NCBI GenBank assembly: GCA_965243395.1
Contig: CBDEUS010000001.1
Location: 416,001 to 480,000, forward strand
Source of the DNA: Gammaproteobacteria bacterium
Lineage (GTDB): Bacteria > Pseudomonadota > Gammaproteobacteria > UBA4575
Length of the DNA: 64,000 nt
Direction of reading: 5' to 3'
Part shown: piece by piece, positions 54,347 to 63,590 of the stretch
How positions within the stretch are numbered: position 1 is the stretch's first letter
How the letters are laid out: each line of letters opens with the position of its first letter
Notes under the pieces: generated by a model
What the model was told of the DNA's origin: nothing
What the model saw: only the letters and a program-made list of their open reading frames with translations
The model's database searches: none
Program-made: the position numbers and the translations under genes

Positions 54347-56344
54347 ATGCAATTTCAAACCTTAGTCGCTGCACTCGAGTACAATCGAAGTGATGATCGT
54401 TTTGTGGGCTTTATCAATGGTCAAGACCAAGAAAAGATTATTACGTTTAACGAGCTTTACCAGCGTGCATTAGGCTTACTAAATTTTTTGCAAGAAAAAG
54501 ATGTTAGTCAAGGCGACTATCTAATATTAAATTTAAATGATAATGAACAAATGGTGGATGTGTTTTGGGCATGTCAGTTCGGTGGCATTGTCCCTGTGCC
54601 GTTGGCAATTGGTATAAGCGATCAACATCGTCAAAAAGTTTTTAATGTTTATCAACAATTAACCTCTAAAGAATTAAAAAAAGCATATTTGTATACGGAC
54701 CGTAAAACTTTTCACAAGTTACAAGCGAGTGCTGCTGATCAATCTGACAATATGGTATGGCAGTCATTATCGGCAAATACAATTCTTACGGATGATGTTG
54801 TTGATGTTTCTCACCCTGGACAAATTGCGAACGTTCTACCCGAAGATATTTCATTTATTCAGTTTTCCTCTGGCTCCACAGGCAGTCCTAAAGGAGTGGT
54901 GCTAAAACATCGTAATCTGTTGGCAAATATTGATGGAATACAACAGGCTGCACAATTTACAACAAACGATACCAGCTTAAGTTGGATGCCGCTTACGCAT
55001 GATATGGGATTGATTGGATTTCATTTGAATCCAGTCGTGTGTAATTACAACCACTATATTATGCGAACAGATTTATTTGTACGCAGACCTTTATATTGGA
55101 TGACTGCGGCAAGTGATAAAAAAGCTAACGTCTTATGTTCGCCCAATTTTGGCTATAAGCATTTTTTAAATGCGTATCGTCGCAAAGGGTTGCAAGATAT
55201 TGATCTTTCCCATATGCGTTTAATTTTTAATGGTGCTGAGCCCATTTCTGTAAATCTGTGTGAGCAATTTACTAACGAATTGGCACAGTATGGTTTGCCA
55301 AAGAACAGCATGTTTCCTGTTTATGGTCTAGCTGAGGCAAGCCTGGCCGTAAGCTTTCCTACTATAGGAGCAGAATTGGAAGTGCTTAACGTAACACGGG
55401 AGTCAATTGCTATTCATTCAGCAGCAAACTTAGCATCAGATACTGAAGCGGCTTCAACCCTGGTGGGTGTTGGTCAAACTATTCCTCACTGTTATGTCAG
55501 AATAAGTGACGAATTGGGTAAAGAACTTCCAGAAAACATGGTTGGGCATATACATATTGGAGGTAAAAACGTTACAGAGGAAATTATTGGAGATGACGGC
55601 ACAATGTTTTTTGACGGAGGTTGGGTAAATACGGGGGATCTTGGTTTTGTTTCTAATCAGGGTTTGTTTATTACGGGAAGATATAAAGAAATTCTGTTTG
55701 TGAACGGACAAAATTTCTATCCGCATGATATTGAAAATTCCTTGCAGAACATTGCAGGATTGGAACAAACACTTGAATTAGGTAAAGCTGTCGTTACTGG
55801 TGTGACTTCTAATAAAGATGATTTAGAGCAGGTGCTTATTTTTGTTTTACATAAAGGTGCAGTAGAAGAATTTAAACCAATTGCTGCAAAGATTAAAACT
55901 AATGTAAACGAACAATTTGGCATAGAAGTACATCATGTTATCCCGATACGAAAAGTTCCAAAAACAACAAGTGGGAAAATTCAACGTTCGGCTTTAGCTG
56001 ATGCTTATCTTGATGATGAATTTAGTGACATACTGCAAGAGCTTTCTCCCCAGCCAATTTCTGAAGTGAATGATGAGCAGCCAGGTGAAGAAGAAGACAA
56101 TCAAGATGAGGTCGTTAATGCAATTCGTAAAATTTGTTTAGAGGCTTTGCCGGATAAGACTTTCAGCGTGAATGATAGCTTATTGGAATTAGGTGCAAGT
56201 TCGCTTTCTCTAGTAGAAATTCACTCGGGTTTAGACGAGCTCTATCCTGGTCAAATTGAAATTACAGACTTGGTGGATCATCCGACGATTACCGACCTCG
56301 CAGCGTTTATAAAGAATAAAGAATCATTGGCTGTGAGTGGTTAG
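54347..56344 (+). CDS. Fatty acyl-AMP ligase (FAAL/MycA-like adenylation domain) fused to a C-terminal carrier protein
   Basis: QFSSGSTGSPKG, WMPLTHDMGLIG, NGAEPI, YGLAEA, TGDLGF, PKTTSGKIQR; acidic linker; carrier motif ELGASSL..HPTI. Confidence 0.88.
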   Translation: MQFQTLVAALEYNRSDDRFVGFINGQDQEKIITFNELYQRALGLLNFLQEKDVSQGDYLILNLNDNEQMVDVFWACQFGGIVPVPLAIGISDQHRQKVFNVYQQLTSKELKKAYLYTDRKTFHKLQASAADQSDNMVWQSLSANTILTDDVVDVSHPGQIANVLPEDISFIQFSSGSTGSPKGVVLKHRNLLANIDGIQQAAQFTTNDTSLSWMPLTHDMGLIGFHLNPVVCNYNHYIMRTDLFVRRPLYWMTAASDKKANVLCSPNFGYKHFLNAYRRKGLQDIDLSHMRLIFNGAEPISVNLCEQFTNELAQYGLPKNSMFPVYGLAEASLAVSFPTIGAELEVLNVTRESIAIHSAANLASDTEAASTLVGVGQTIPHCYVRISDELGKELPENMVGHIHIGGKNVTEEIIGDDGTMFFDGGWVNTGDLGFVSNQGLFITGRYKEILFVNGQNFYPHDIENSLQNIAGLEQTLELGKAVVTGVTSNKDDLEQVLIFVLHKGAVEEFKPIAAKIKTNVNEQFGIEVHHVIPIRKVPKTTSGKIQRSALADAYLDDEFSDILQELSPQPISEVNDEQPGEEEDNQDEVVNAIRKICLEALPDKTFSVNDSLLELGASSLSLVEIHSGLDELYPGQIEITDLVDHPTITDLAAFIKNKESLAVSG

Positions 56345-57198
56345 TTATAAAGAGATTTTTTCTTTTTCCATCTTTTGTGAATCCATAACCAGTCTTCCGG
56401 TCTTTTTAAAATTTGTTGCTCAACCGCGTCCACATACGCTTGGGTGATTGGTGTTGTATCTTTTTGGTAAGGTGGTACAGCGAGCAGCTTGAAACTTGCA
56501 TGGTACTTACCCCGACTGATTCTTTCTAAATCCATGAAAAATACAGGATACTTAAATAAGGCTGCTATTTTTTCTAAACCTAAATAAAACGGCGTATCCT
56601 GATTTAGAAAAGTAGTCCAGTAAGCATCATCGCGGCGACGCGGAGCTTGATCAGGTGCGATAGCAATAATTCGCGTTTGCTTGGAACGTTTAATTAAATC
56701 TGTAATGCAGGTTTTAGCAGGAGTAAGAGTGATCCCGTATTGTGAACGCGATTCGAGGGCTAGTTCATTAATCCATTTTTGATGCAAAGGTTTATATATG
56801 CCGTCAATGGGGTGTTTAAAAAACTGACTTGCAGCCAGTATCGCCCATTCCTGATTACACTGATGAGCTAAAGCTAAAATTATTGTCTGGTTGTTGTTTA
56901 GTGTTTTTTCGATAGCTTCAGCATTGCTGTAAGTAACATATTCACTAATCTCATTTGGTTTTAAGTCAATGGTCTTAAGTATTTCCAATAAAATTTGAGA
57001 AAAATTACGATAATTTTTTTTCACTAATTTTCGTTGTTCTAGTTTGTTAAGATCAGGAAATGAATTGCGGATATTTTTTTCTGCAACATCGCGCCTAAAC
57101 CTAATAATATAAAACATCAAAAAATAAACTGGCCACGACAGTCCATACAAAACTGGCAGCGGCAAAGTTGCAATAAGTTTTAGAAAAGTTTTACGCAA
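56341..57198 (-). CDS. LpxL/HtrB-family acyltransferase (copy B)
   Basis: NIRNSFP, AHQCNQEW, DQAP, FLNQDT, WLWIHKRWK. Confidence 0.88.
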   Translation of the reverse strand: MRKTFLKLIATLPLPVLYGLSWPVYFLMFYIIRFRRDVAEKNIRNSFPDLNKLEQRKLVKKNYRNFSQILLEILKTIDLKPNEISEYVTYSNAEAIEKTLNNNQTIILALAHQCNQEWAILAASQFFKHPIDGIYKPLHQKWINELALESRSQYGITLTPAKTCITDLIKRSKQTRIIAIAPDQAPRRRDDAYWTTFLNQDTPFYLGLEKIAALFKYPVFFMDLERISRGKYHASFKLLAVPPYQKDTTPITQAYVDAVEQQILKRPEDWLWIHKRWKKKKSLYN

Positions 57199-57226
57199 GA
57201 AATGTATGTTTTGTTATTTAAAAAGT

Positions 57227-58096
57227 TTAATTTTGCTCAACAGGTTTTTGTAGTTTCCATCTACGATAAGCCCATAACCAATCTTTTGGATTATTGTTTA
57301 TTTGTGCTTCTAATTCAGAGATATATGCACGCATGATTTGGTTAGGATCTTCAGAAAAGGGCGGCTCAGCAAGAAACTTAAAGTTTGCTTGATAATACCC
57401 TTTTCGCTTTCGTGCCAGTGACATAAAAACTATCGGGTACTTAAATGCTCGTGCAATTTTTTCTGTACCAGTATGAAATGCCGTATCGCGATTTAAAAAA
57501 TGTTGCCAATAAGGCGTATCATTTTTTTTGGGTGATTGGTCTGCTGCCATCGCGAGCATGCGGGTGATTTTGGCGCGTTTTAGAGAATCAGCAACAAATG
57601 TTTCCATTGGTAATGGTGTGACATCAAAACGAGTTCTTAAATGATAAAAAATTTCTTCTAAGCTTTCTGTACGCTGTTTACGGTACACGGTATCCACTGG
57701 AAAATTTAAGTACTGCGCACAAGCTAAAAGTGCCCACTCAAAATTGCAGTAGTGCGCTGTAACAACGATGACTGATTGCCCTTGTTTCAGGTAATCTTCC
57801 AATAAATGTAAATTTTTAAACTCAACGCGTTTTTTTATCTCTTCTTTACTGAATCTAAGCGCTTTTATAGTTTCTGCCAGCACCATGCATGTGCTCTTGT
57901 AATGGTTTTTAGCCAACTCAAGGCATTCTGATGCAGAATATTCAGGAAAAGATGCTTTAATATTATTTAGCGTAAGTGCTCTACGTACTTTGAAGACATG
58001 AAAAAGTAATACATAGCACACCCAGGAAATACCGTGCAGTAACCAAAGTGGTAATAAAGATAAAAGTTTGATTACAAGAACAATGATTTTCTGCAT
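57227..58096 (-). CDS. LpxL/HtrB-family acyltransferase (copy A)
   Basis: NIKASFP, AHYCNFEW, DQSP, FLNRDT, WLWAYRRWK. Confidence 0.88.
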   Translation of the reverse strand: MQKIIVLVIKLLSLLPLWLLHGISWVCYVLLFHVFKVRRALTLNNIKASFPEYSASECLELAKNHYKSTCMVLAETIKALRFSKEEIKKRVEFKNLHLLEDYLKQGQSVIVVTAHYCNFEWALLACAQYLNFPVDTVYRKQRTESLEEIFYHLRTRFDVTPLPMETFVADSLKRAKITRMLAMAADQSPKKNDTPYWQHFLNRDTAFHTGTEKIARAFKYPIVFMSLARKRKGYYQANFKFLAEPPFSEDPNQIMRAYISELEAQINNNPKDWLWAYRRWKLQKPVEQN

Positions 58097-58303
58097 ATTT
58101 TGGATTGCTTTCTACACTTGTGCTCAGATATCAAATTTACTAATAAGTAATATAAATTACCAGTTTCAGCGCTGTTTCGAAGAGAAAGCTGACATATGGT
58201 AGCGGTCTATATTGGTAATTTGAATTCAGTCAAAACTTTTTAAAATTTTAATAGTCACAATAACATGGACTTAGATGACATGGATGTTCAAGGAAGACAA
58301 ATA

Positions 58304-58594
58304 ATGAAATGGATTATCAATACAGTATTGAGTCTTGCCAAGTTAATTATCATTAGCGGTTTAGTTCTGCTTTCTGTTTTTGTATTGCCCGTCATTGCAT
58401 TGATACTTGGATTAGGCATATCGCTTAGCTATGTGCGTGATAATGAATCTAAGTTCTATAATTTTAAATTACCTTTGATAAAACTAAATGCTCCAACCTT
58501 AAGCTATTTTAAACACTTCGAGCTTTTATTACCTCCAAGACTTATTACTCGAGTTCAGCATATTCGTATTTCACGAAATAAATCTATTTACTAA
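58304..58594 (+). CDS. Small hypothetical membrane protein
   Basis: Long hydrophobic N-terminal half; ATG at 58304 after AGGA (frame open from 58265). Confidence 0.5.
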   Translation: MKWIINTVLSLAKLIIISGLVLLSVFVLPVIALILGLGISLSYVRDNESKFYNFKLPLIKLNAPTLSYFKHFELLLPPRLITRVQHIRISRNKSIY

Positions 58595-58669
58595 TAAGAT
58601 TTATTGTTGGCTTCTACATTGCCTTACAAAAAGTTATTTCGCCCAGTATTAACGGATTTTCAATCCTGA

Positions 58670-58686
58670 TGCTACAATTGCGCGCA
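58670..58686 (+). promoter_or_regulatory. Extended -10 promoter with GC-rich discriminator for tRNA-Arg/His
   Basis: TGcTACAAT followed by tGCGCGC just before the tRNA. Confidence 0.55.
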
Positions 58687-58690
58687 TTAT

Positions 58691-58767
58691 GCGCCCGTAG
58701 CTCAACTGGATAGAGCACCGGCCTTCTAAGCCGGGGGTTGCAGGTTCGAGTCCTGCCGGGCGCGCCA
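58691..58767 (+). tRNA. tRNA-Arg (TCT)
   Basis: GCGCCCG.../CGGGCGC-GCCA, anticodon arm CCGGC-CTTCTAA-GCCGG. Confidence 0.97.
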
Positions 58768-58879
58768 TTCATGTTATCGATGAGTCGCAAGTTAGTTTAT
58801 AGCTATAAAATTTAGACGTACCTCTATAGGTAGCGTGGCCATCGCTTGATCAAATGCGTTAATATTCATTCCCCGTTAT

Positions 58880-58956
58880 GGTGAGCGTAGCTCAGTTGGT
58901 AGAGCGCAGGATTGTGATTCCTGTGGTCGTGGGTTCGATCCCCATCGCTCACCCCA
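58880..58956 (+). tRNA. tRNA-His (GTG)
   Basis: G(-1) plus GTGAGCG.../CGCTCAC-CCCA, anticodon arm CAGGA-TTGTGAT-TCCTG. Confidence 0.97.
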
Positions 58957-58973
58957 CCTTTGCGTGTAGGTAC

Positions 58974-59058
58974 TACACGTAAATCAAACTGTCACGTAGT
59001 GACGCAAGTTTATAAGGCTATTACTCGCAAATGAAATGGTCGCGTAGCGACACAAGTT
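58974..59058 (+). repeat. Two-unit tandem repeat (period 48) with GTA-loop hairpins
   Basis: 29/37 identity by manual alignment; GTCAC-GTA-GTGAC versus GTCGC-GTA-GCGAC. Confidence 0.7.
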
Positions 59059-59076
59059 CTTTAAGCAGAGTGTTTA

Positions 59077-59277
59077 TTAAAGTGAAATCTTATTTTTAAT
59101 ACACCACTCGATAACTTCTGTTGTATCAAAAATGTAATCTTTTGAGGTAGTAGGCTGAGAGGAATTTTTTTTAGGTTTAATAGAGTAGGGTAGACCTTGG
59201 TCAGCCCAGGCATCAATTTTAGTTTGGCTAACACCGAAGATAGCCGCTAAGTCAGTACAATTTACTTTGAGGCCCAC
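59077..59277 (-). CDS. Stand-alone winged-HTH protein resembling the N-terminal domain of lambda terminase small subunit Nu1
   Basis: KVNCTDLAAIFGVSQTKIDAWADQGLP...FDTTEVIEW versus Nu1 EVNKKQLADIFGASIRTIQNWQEQGMP...YDSAAVIKW (recalled from memory); GTG start after GGAG. Confidence 0.7.
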   Translation of the reverse strand: MGLKVNCTDLAAIFGVSQTKIDAWADQGLPYSIKPKKNSSQPTTSKDYIFDTTEVIEWCIKNKISL

Positions 59278-59455
59278 GCTTACTCCATATGCTTTAACTG
59301 GGATAAAAACAGAGTGCAATTTATAACAAATATTTGGAATTTTTGCTCAAATTTGCAAAGGCTTAACTGCTTCTCTATGCAGGGATCTTGAATTGGTCGA
59401 TATTTGTTCGATTAACGCTATACTTGTCAATAATAATTGAGCAATTTTATTAATA

Positions 59456-60073
59456 ATGAAGTCATTTCTCTCGATGTTTCTGTTGACTCTGCTGCTAGGT
59501 CAAACTTATGCAAATGATTTACAAAATATTCCCCCTCAGTGCCTTACTGATTGCGAATCTGATTATGGTGTGGTGTTAGGTGTTTCACCTGCCGACATTC
59601 CTGCTTATTCAAATTGTAATGCTAAGTGTGTCGTGTTTGAGCCGAATCATCATGATGACGTCTACACAGGTATTAAATGGCAGTGCGTTGAATATGCGCG
59701 GCGTTGGCTGCTGCAACAAAAACAAGTTGTTTTTGGAGATGTCGATATTGCTGCCGATATATGGGCGTTAGAGCAAGTCACGAATCCTATTAATAAGAAA
59801 ACGTTTACATTTGAATCCATTACAAATGGCGCGCTAATGCTACCTAAACGTGGAGATCTTTTAATTTATAGTGAAGAATATCTTGGTACGGGTCATGTTG
59901 CAGTAGTTGTTTCTATTAATGAAGAGCAAAAATCAATTAACGTGGCAGAACAAAATTTCGAAAATAAATTATGGGAAGATAAGTATGCTCGAAGCATAAA
60001 ATATATTATTAACGAAGACAGAATTTGGTTATTAGACCAATTTCTAGTAGGTTGGAAACGTGCCAGAAATTAA
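59456..60073 (+). CDS. Secreted CHAP-domain amidase (glutathionylspermidine-amidase-like)
   Basis: Signal peptide, KWQCVEYARRW, GHVAVV, AEQN. Confidence 0.88.
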   Translation: MKSFLSMFLLTLLLGQTYANDLQNIPPQCLTDCESDYGVVLGVSPADIPAYSNCNAKCVVFEPNHHDDVYTGIKWQCVEYARRWLLQQKQVVFGDVDIAADIWALEQVTNPINKKTFTFESITNGALMLPKRGDLLIYSEEYLGTGHVAVVVSINEEQKSINVAEQNFENKLWEDKYARSIKYIINEDRIWLLDQFLVGWKRARN

Positions 60074-60948
60074 TGGCTAGACTTATTCTGGTAATTTAAA
60101 TAAATAATAATAAAAATTGCCAAACAAATTGCTGCTAGATATCCGATCACTTTGTCATAATTACCTGTTAAAAAAGCATATTCAGACTGCACATTCGTAT
60201 CCGTCACGCGTTTAAATACTTTAATTACAACTACCCATCCAGCGTGTATACCCATACAAAGTGCTATACGATTACTGCGAATTCTAACGAAAGCAAGTAA
60301 TACACCTGCTAAAAAAAGTGCAATGAACGAATCAAAAATAAGGCTTACTTGTGTAAGCGCTTGTAACGCATCTTTCAACAACACAAATCCACTGCTCCAA
60401 TTGAGTGAATTTGGGTTCAATTCAATTGTAGGTTGTAAAAAATGCACCAATGCATAAATAAAACTGGTTGTGATAACAGCAAAAGCGACCGTGCTTTGGT
60501 TTTTGACTGCCGTTAACAATGCGCCACGAAATAATGTTTCTTCTATTAATGCGACAATTATTCCTGCACTAAGCCCTGTGAGAAATAAGCCTGCTATATT
60601 TACAAAGGATATTTCCCAGTCTTTATCTATTACACGGTTTTGGGTAATTAATAATCCCGCAATTACAGGTAACATAATCAAAATTCCGTAGCCTAAACCT
60701 TTTGCGAAATCTCGGAAAAACTGTTTTTTATTGTTGCTAAAACCGAGTTCTTGCCATGATTTAAATTTGAGTAACTTAAATAATCCAAAAAACAAAATTA
60801 TCGCCATAAGAAGCACACTTCGACTCACGACACGATCAAAATCCAAATCCATCCAGTTGGTTAAAAATTGATGCAGGGGATATGCGATAGCTGCTCCTAG
60901 CATGAGGGCTAAAGCAAAATAAATGACAAATACGATGAGTGTTGGCAT
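60070..60948 (-). CDS. CPBP (Abi/CAAX) intramembrane metalloprotease
   Basis: EETLFRG, YALVH, GIHAGW; multiple TM segments. Confidence 0.88.
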   Translation of the reverse strand: MPTLIVFVIYFALALMLGAAIAYPLHQFLTNWMDLDFDRVVSRSVLLMAIILFFGLFKLLKFKSWQELGFSNNKKQFFRDFAKGLGYGILIMLPVIAGLLITQNRVIDKDWEISFVNIAGLFLTGLSAGIIVALIEETLFRGALLTAVKNQSTVAFAVITTSFIYALVHFLQPTIELNPNSLNWSSGFVLLKDALQALTQVSLIFDSFIALFLAGVLLAFVRIRSNRIALCMGIHAGWVVVIKVFKRVTDTNVQSEYAFLTGNYDKVIGYLAAICLAIFIIIYLNYQNKSSH

Positions 60949-61081
60949 TGATAAATTTCTGATTAAATATATAGATGGGGTAAGATTTTTTAGGAAGTTA
61001 TTTCGGTTATAATTCTGGTTGATTCATATTAAAGTCACAAGCTCATATGGTGAATTAGGATCGCCATATGCTGTTATGTAT

Positions 61082-61167
<86 letters not shown>

Positions 61168-61352
61168 ACCGCCAAGCACATTAATGAGTTAGGCGTAAAA
61201 GCTGAGTTCGGCACGATTGATTGATAAAAATGTAGCCTCTCCAAGGCGGTGTATAATTTCGCTGTAGACAAATTTTTAGCATGTTAAAGCTGAATGTAGG
61301 ATAGAGATAACTATAATCAACCCTTAATTTTTAAAATAACCAAGAAAACCCC

Positions 61353-62660
61353 ATGCAAGTATCACTCGAAACAACTGATGGATTAGAACGCAAAATGACA
61401 GTAGAAGTGCCTGCTGAGAAAATCAGTAGCGCCATCGAAGAAAAATTAAAAAACTTAAGCAAACAAGTTAAGTTGTCTGGGTTTAGGCCAGGTAAAGTTC
61501 CCATGAATGTTGTGCGTCAACGATTTGGCAAAAAAGTTTCTCAGGAAGTGATTGCAGATACTATGCAAATGAGTTATCAAGAGGCCATTATTCAGGAAAA
61601 ACTCAGACCTGCGAGCAACCCAAGTATTGAACCTTTGAATTTAGAAGCAAATGAAGATTTAAAATATATTGCTACATTCGAAGTTTACCCGGAAATCACA
61701 CTAGTGGATTTGAACGCTCTGGAAGTTGAGGTAGCCGAGGTCGAGATTGAGGAAAGTGATGTTGAGGATATTGTGCAAAAGCTTCTTCAACAAAAAATGA
61801 TCTGGACAGAGGTTGAACGAAAATCTAAAACAGATGATCAGATAACGATTAACTTCATTGGTAAAATCGATGGTGAAGAATTCCAGGGTGGAAGTCAGGA
61901 GAACTTCGTTACCGTAATTGGCTCGAGTAATTTATTACCTGAGTTTGAAAAGCAACTCGAAGGCGTCAAAAAGGAAGATAAAAAAAGTTTTGAGATAACA
62001 TTTCCAAAAGATTATATGCAGAAAGACTTAGCTGAAAAAGTTGCTACTTTTGAAATAGAAATATTAAAAGTTGAAGAAGGAGAGCTGCCCGAACTCAATG
62101 AGGAATTAATCAAAGAGTTTGGAATAGAAGACGGCAAAGAAGAAAGTTTTCGTAAACAGCTCAAAGATAATATGACACTTGAACTAGAGCAGCGAAAGAA
62201 AGCTTATGCAAAGAACAGCGTTATGCAAAGTTTGTTTGATGCAAATGAAGTTGAAACCCCTAAAGCGCTCTTGCAGCAGGAAATTCAGACATTACGTCAA
62301 CAGATGATTGATAACATGCAGCTTCCTGAACAACCCAAACCTATTGAGGAGATGATGCCTGATAATCTGTTCGAAGATGAGGCTAAAAAGAGAATCTCGC
62401 TCGGTTTGTTGATCGGTGAAATTGTCAATAAAAACGAAATTAAGCTAGATCAAGAAAAAGTAACTCAGCAATTACAAATGATTGCTGCGGGTTATGGTAA
62501 GCAGGATGAAGTTATTCAATACTACCGCAATAATCGCGAAGCAATGGCGAATATAGAAATGTCGGTTATGGAGGAACAAGTGGTAGACTATGTACTTGAA
62601 GCCGCAAAACAAACCAAAAAAACTTTTAACTTTGATGAATTTGTAAATAAACAATCTTAG
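61353..62660 (+). CDS. tig: Trigger factor
   Basis: GFRPGKVP, FEVYPEI, FKBP domain; precedes clpP. Confidence 0.96.
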   Translation: MQVSLETTDGLERKMTVEVPAEKISSAIEEKLKNLSKQVKLSGFRPGKVPMNVVRQRFGKKVSQEVIADTMQMSYQEAIIQEKLRPASNPSIEPLNLEANEDLKYIATFEVYPEITLVDLNALEVEVAEVEIEESDVEDIVQKLLQQKMIWTEVERKSKTDDQITINFIGKIDGEEFQGGSQENFVTVIGSSNLLPEFEKQLEGVKKEDKKSFEITFPKDYMQKDLAEKVATFEIEILKVEEGELPELNEELIKEFGIEDGKEESFRKQLKDNMTLELEQRKKAYAKNSVMQSLFDANEVETPKALLQQEIQTLRQQMIDNMQLPEQPKPIEEMMPDNLFEDEAKKRISLGLLIGEIVNKNEIKLDQEKVTQQLQMIAAGYGKQDEVIQYYRNNREAMANIEMSVMEEQVVDYVLEAAKQTKKTFNFDEFVNKQS

Positions 62661-62669
62661 GAATCGTAT

Positions 62670-63317
62670 ATGGCAAACTCTAACTCTAAAGACAGCGCAT
62701 TACATACTCAGGCATTGAATCTTGTGCCTATGGTTGTAGAACAATCTGCGCGAGGCGAGCGAGCTTATGATATTTATTCACGTTTATTAAAAGAACGGGT
62801 GATATTCATCGTAGGCCCGATTGAAGATCAAATGGCTAACCTTGTGGTAGCACAATTATTATTTCTGGAATCTGAAAATCCAGATAAAGATATTTCTGTT
62901 TATATTAATTCCCCTGGAGGTTCGGTAACGGCAGGCATGGCGATATACGACACTATGCAGTTTACGGGTCCTGACATTAGTACTTTATGTATTGGTCAAG
63001 CCGCAAGTATGGGTGCATTACTTCTTGCCGGAGGAGCAAAAGGTAAACGTTATTGTTTGCCACACTCGCGAGTCATGATTCACCAACCATTAGGTGGTTT
63101 TCAAGGACAAGCTACAGACATCGATATACATGCGCGTGAAATTTTAAAAATTCGTGAGGAATTAAATAACATACTTGCTAAGCACACTGGTCAATCTGTA
63201 GATCGCATTGCAGAAGACACGGAGCGTGATAATTTCATGGATAGTGAAACGGCAAAGGAATACGGCTTGATTGATGAAGTGTTGAATAAACGTAAGGAAA
63301 AGGTTCAGGAAGAATAG
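62670..63317 (+). CDS. clpP: ATP-dependent Clp protease proteolytic subunit
   Basis: [30 protein letters not shown]. Confidence 0.98.
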   Translation: MANSNSKDSALHTQALNLVPMVVEQSARGERAYDIYSRLLKERVIFIVGPIEDQMANLVVAQLLFLESENPDKDISVYINSPGGSVTAGMAIYDTMQFTGPDISTLCIGQAASMGALLLAGGAKGKRYCLPHSRVMIHQPLGGFQGQATDIDIHAREILKIREELNNILAKHTGQSVDRIAEDTERDNFMDSETAKEYGLIDEVLNKRKEKVQEE

Positions 63318-63590
63318 AGCCACCTCACAATTATCAAAATAGCTGACTCAAGTTTTAAGGCTTTTTGACGATATAGTTCAAATAAGAACCATCTTTGAAT
63401 CAATGAGTTGTAAAATTGCTCAAATTTTGTTCAAAAAGTGTGCTTTGTATACGCTGCATATTCTAGGAAATAAGCGTATAGTTAATATAACTAGAGGGGG
63501 TTATCTATATAGATAATCGACATTTCCACGGAAAACTTAATTCATATTTAAGTATCTAAATGTGCATCAAAGGATGTACGATAATCTTCG

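Noticed and set aside
54347-56344. NRPS/PKS biosynthetic gene cluster
   Set aside because: Only an adenylation domain and a carrier domain; no C, KS or TE domains anywhere in the window.
58974-59058. Mini CRISPR array
   Set aside because: Only two imperfect units, no unique spacers of proper length, and no cas genes.
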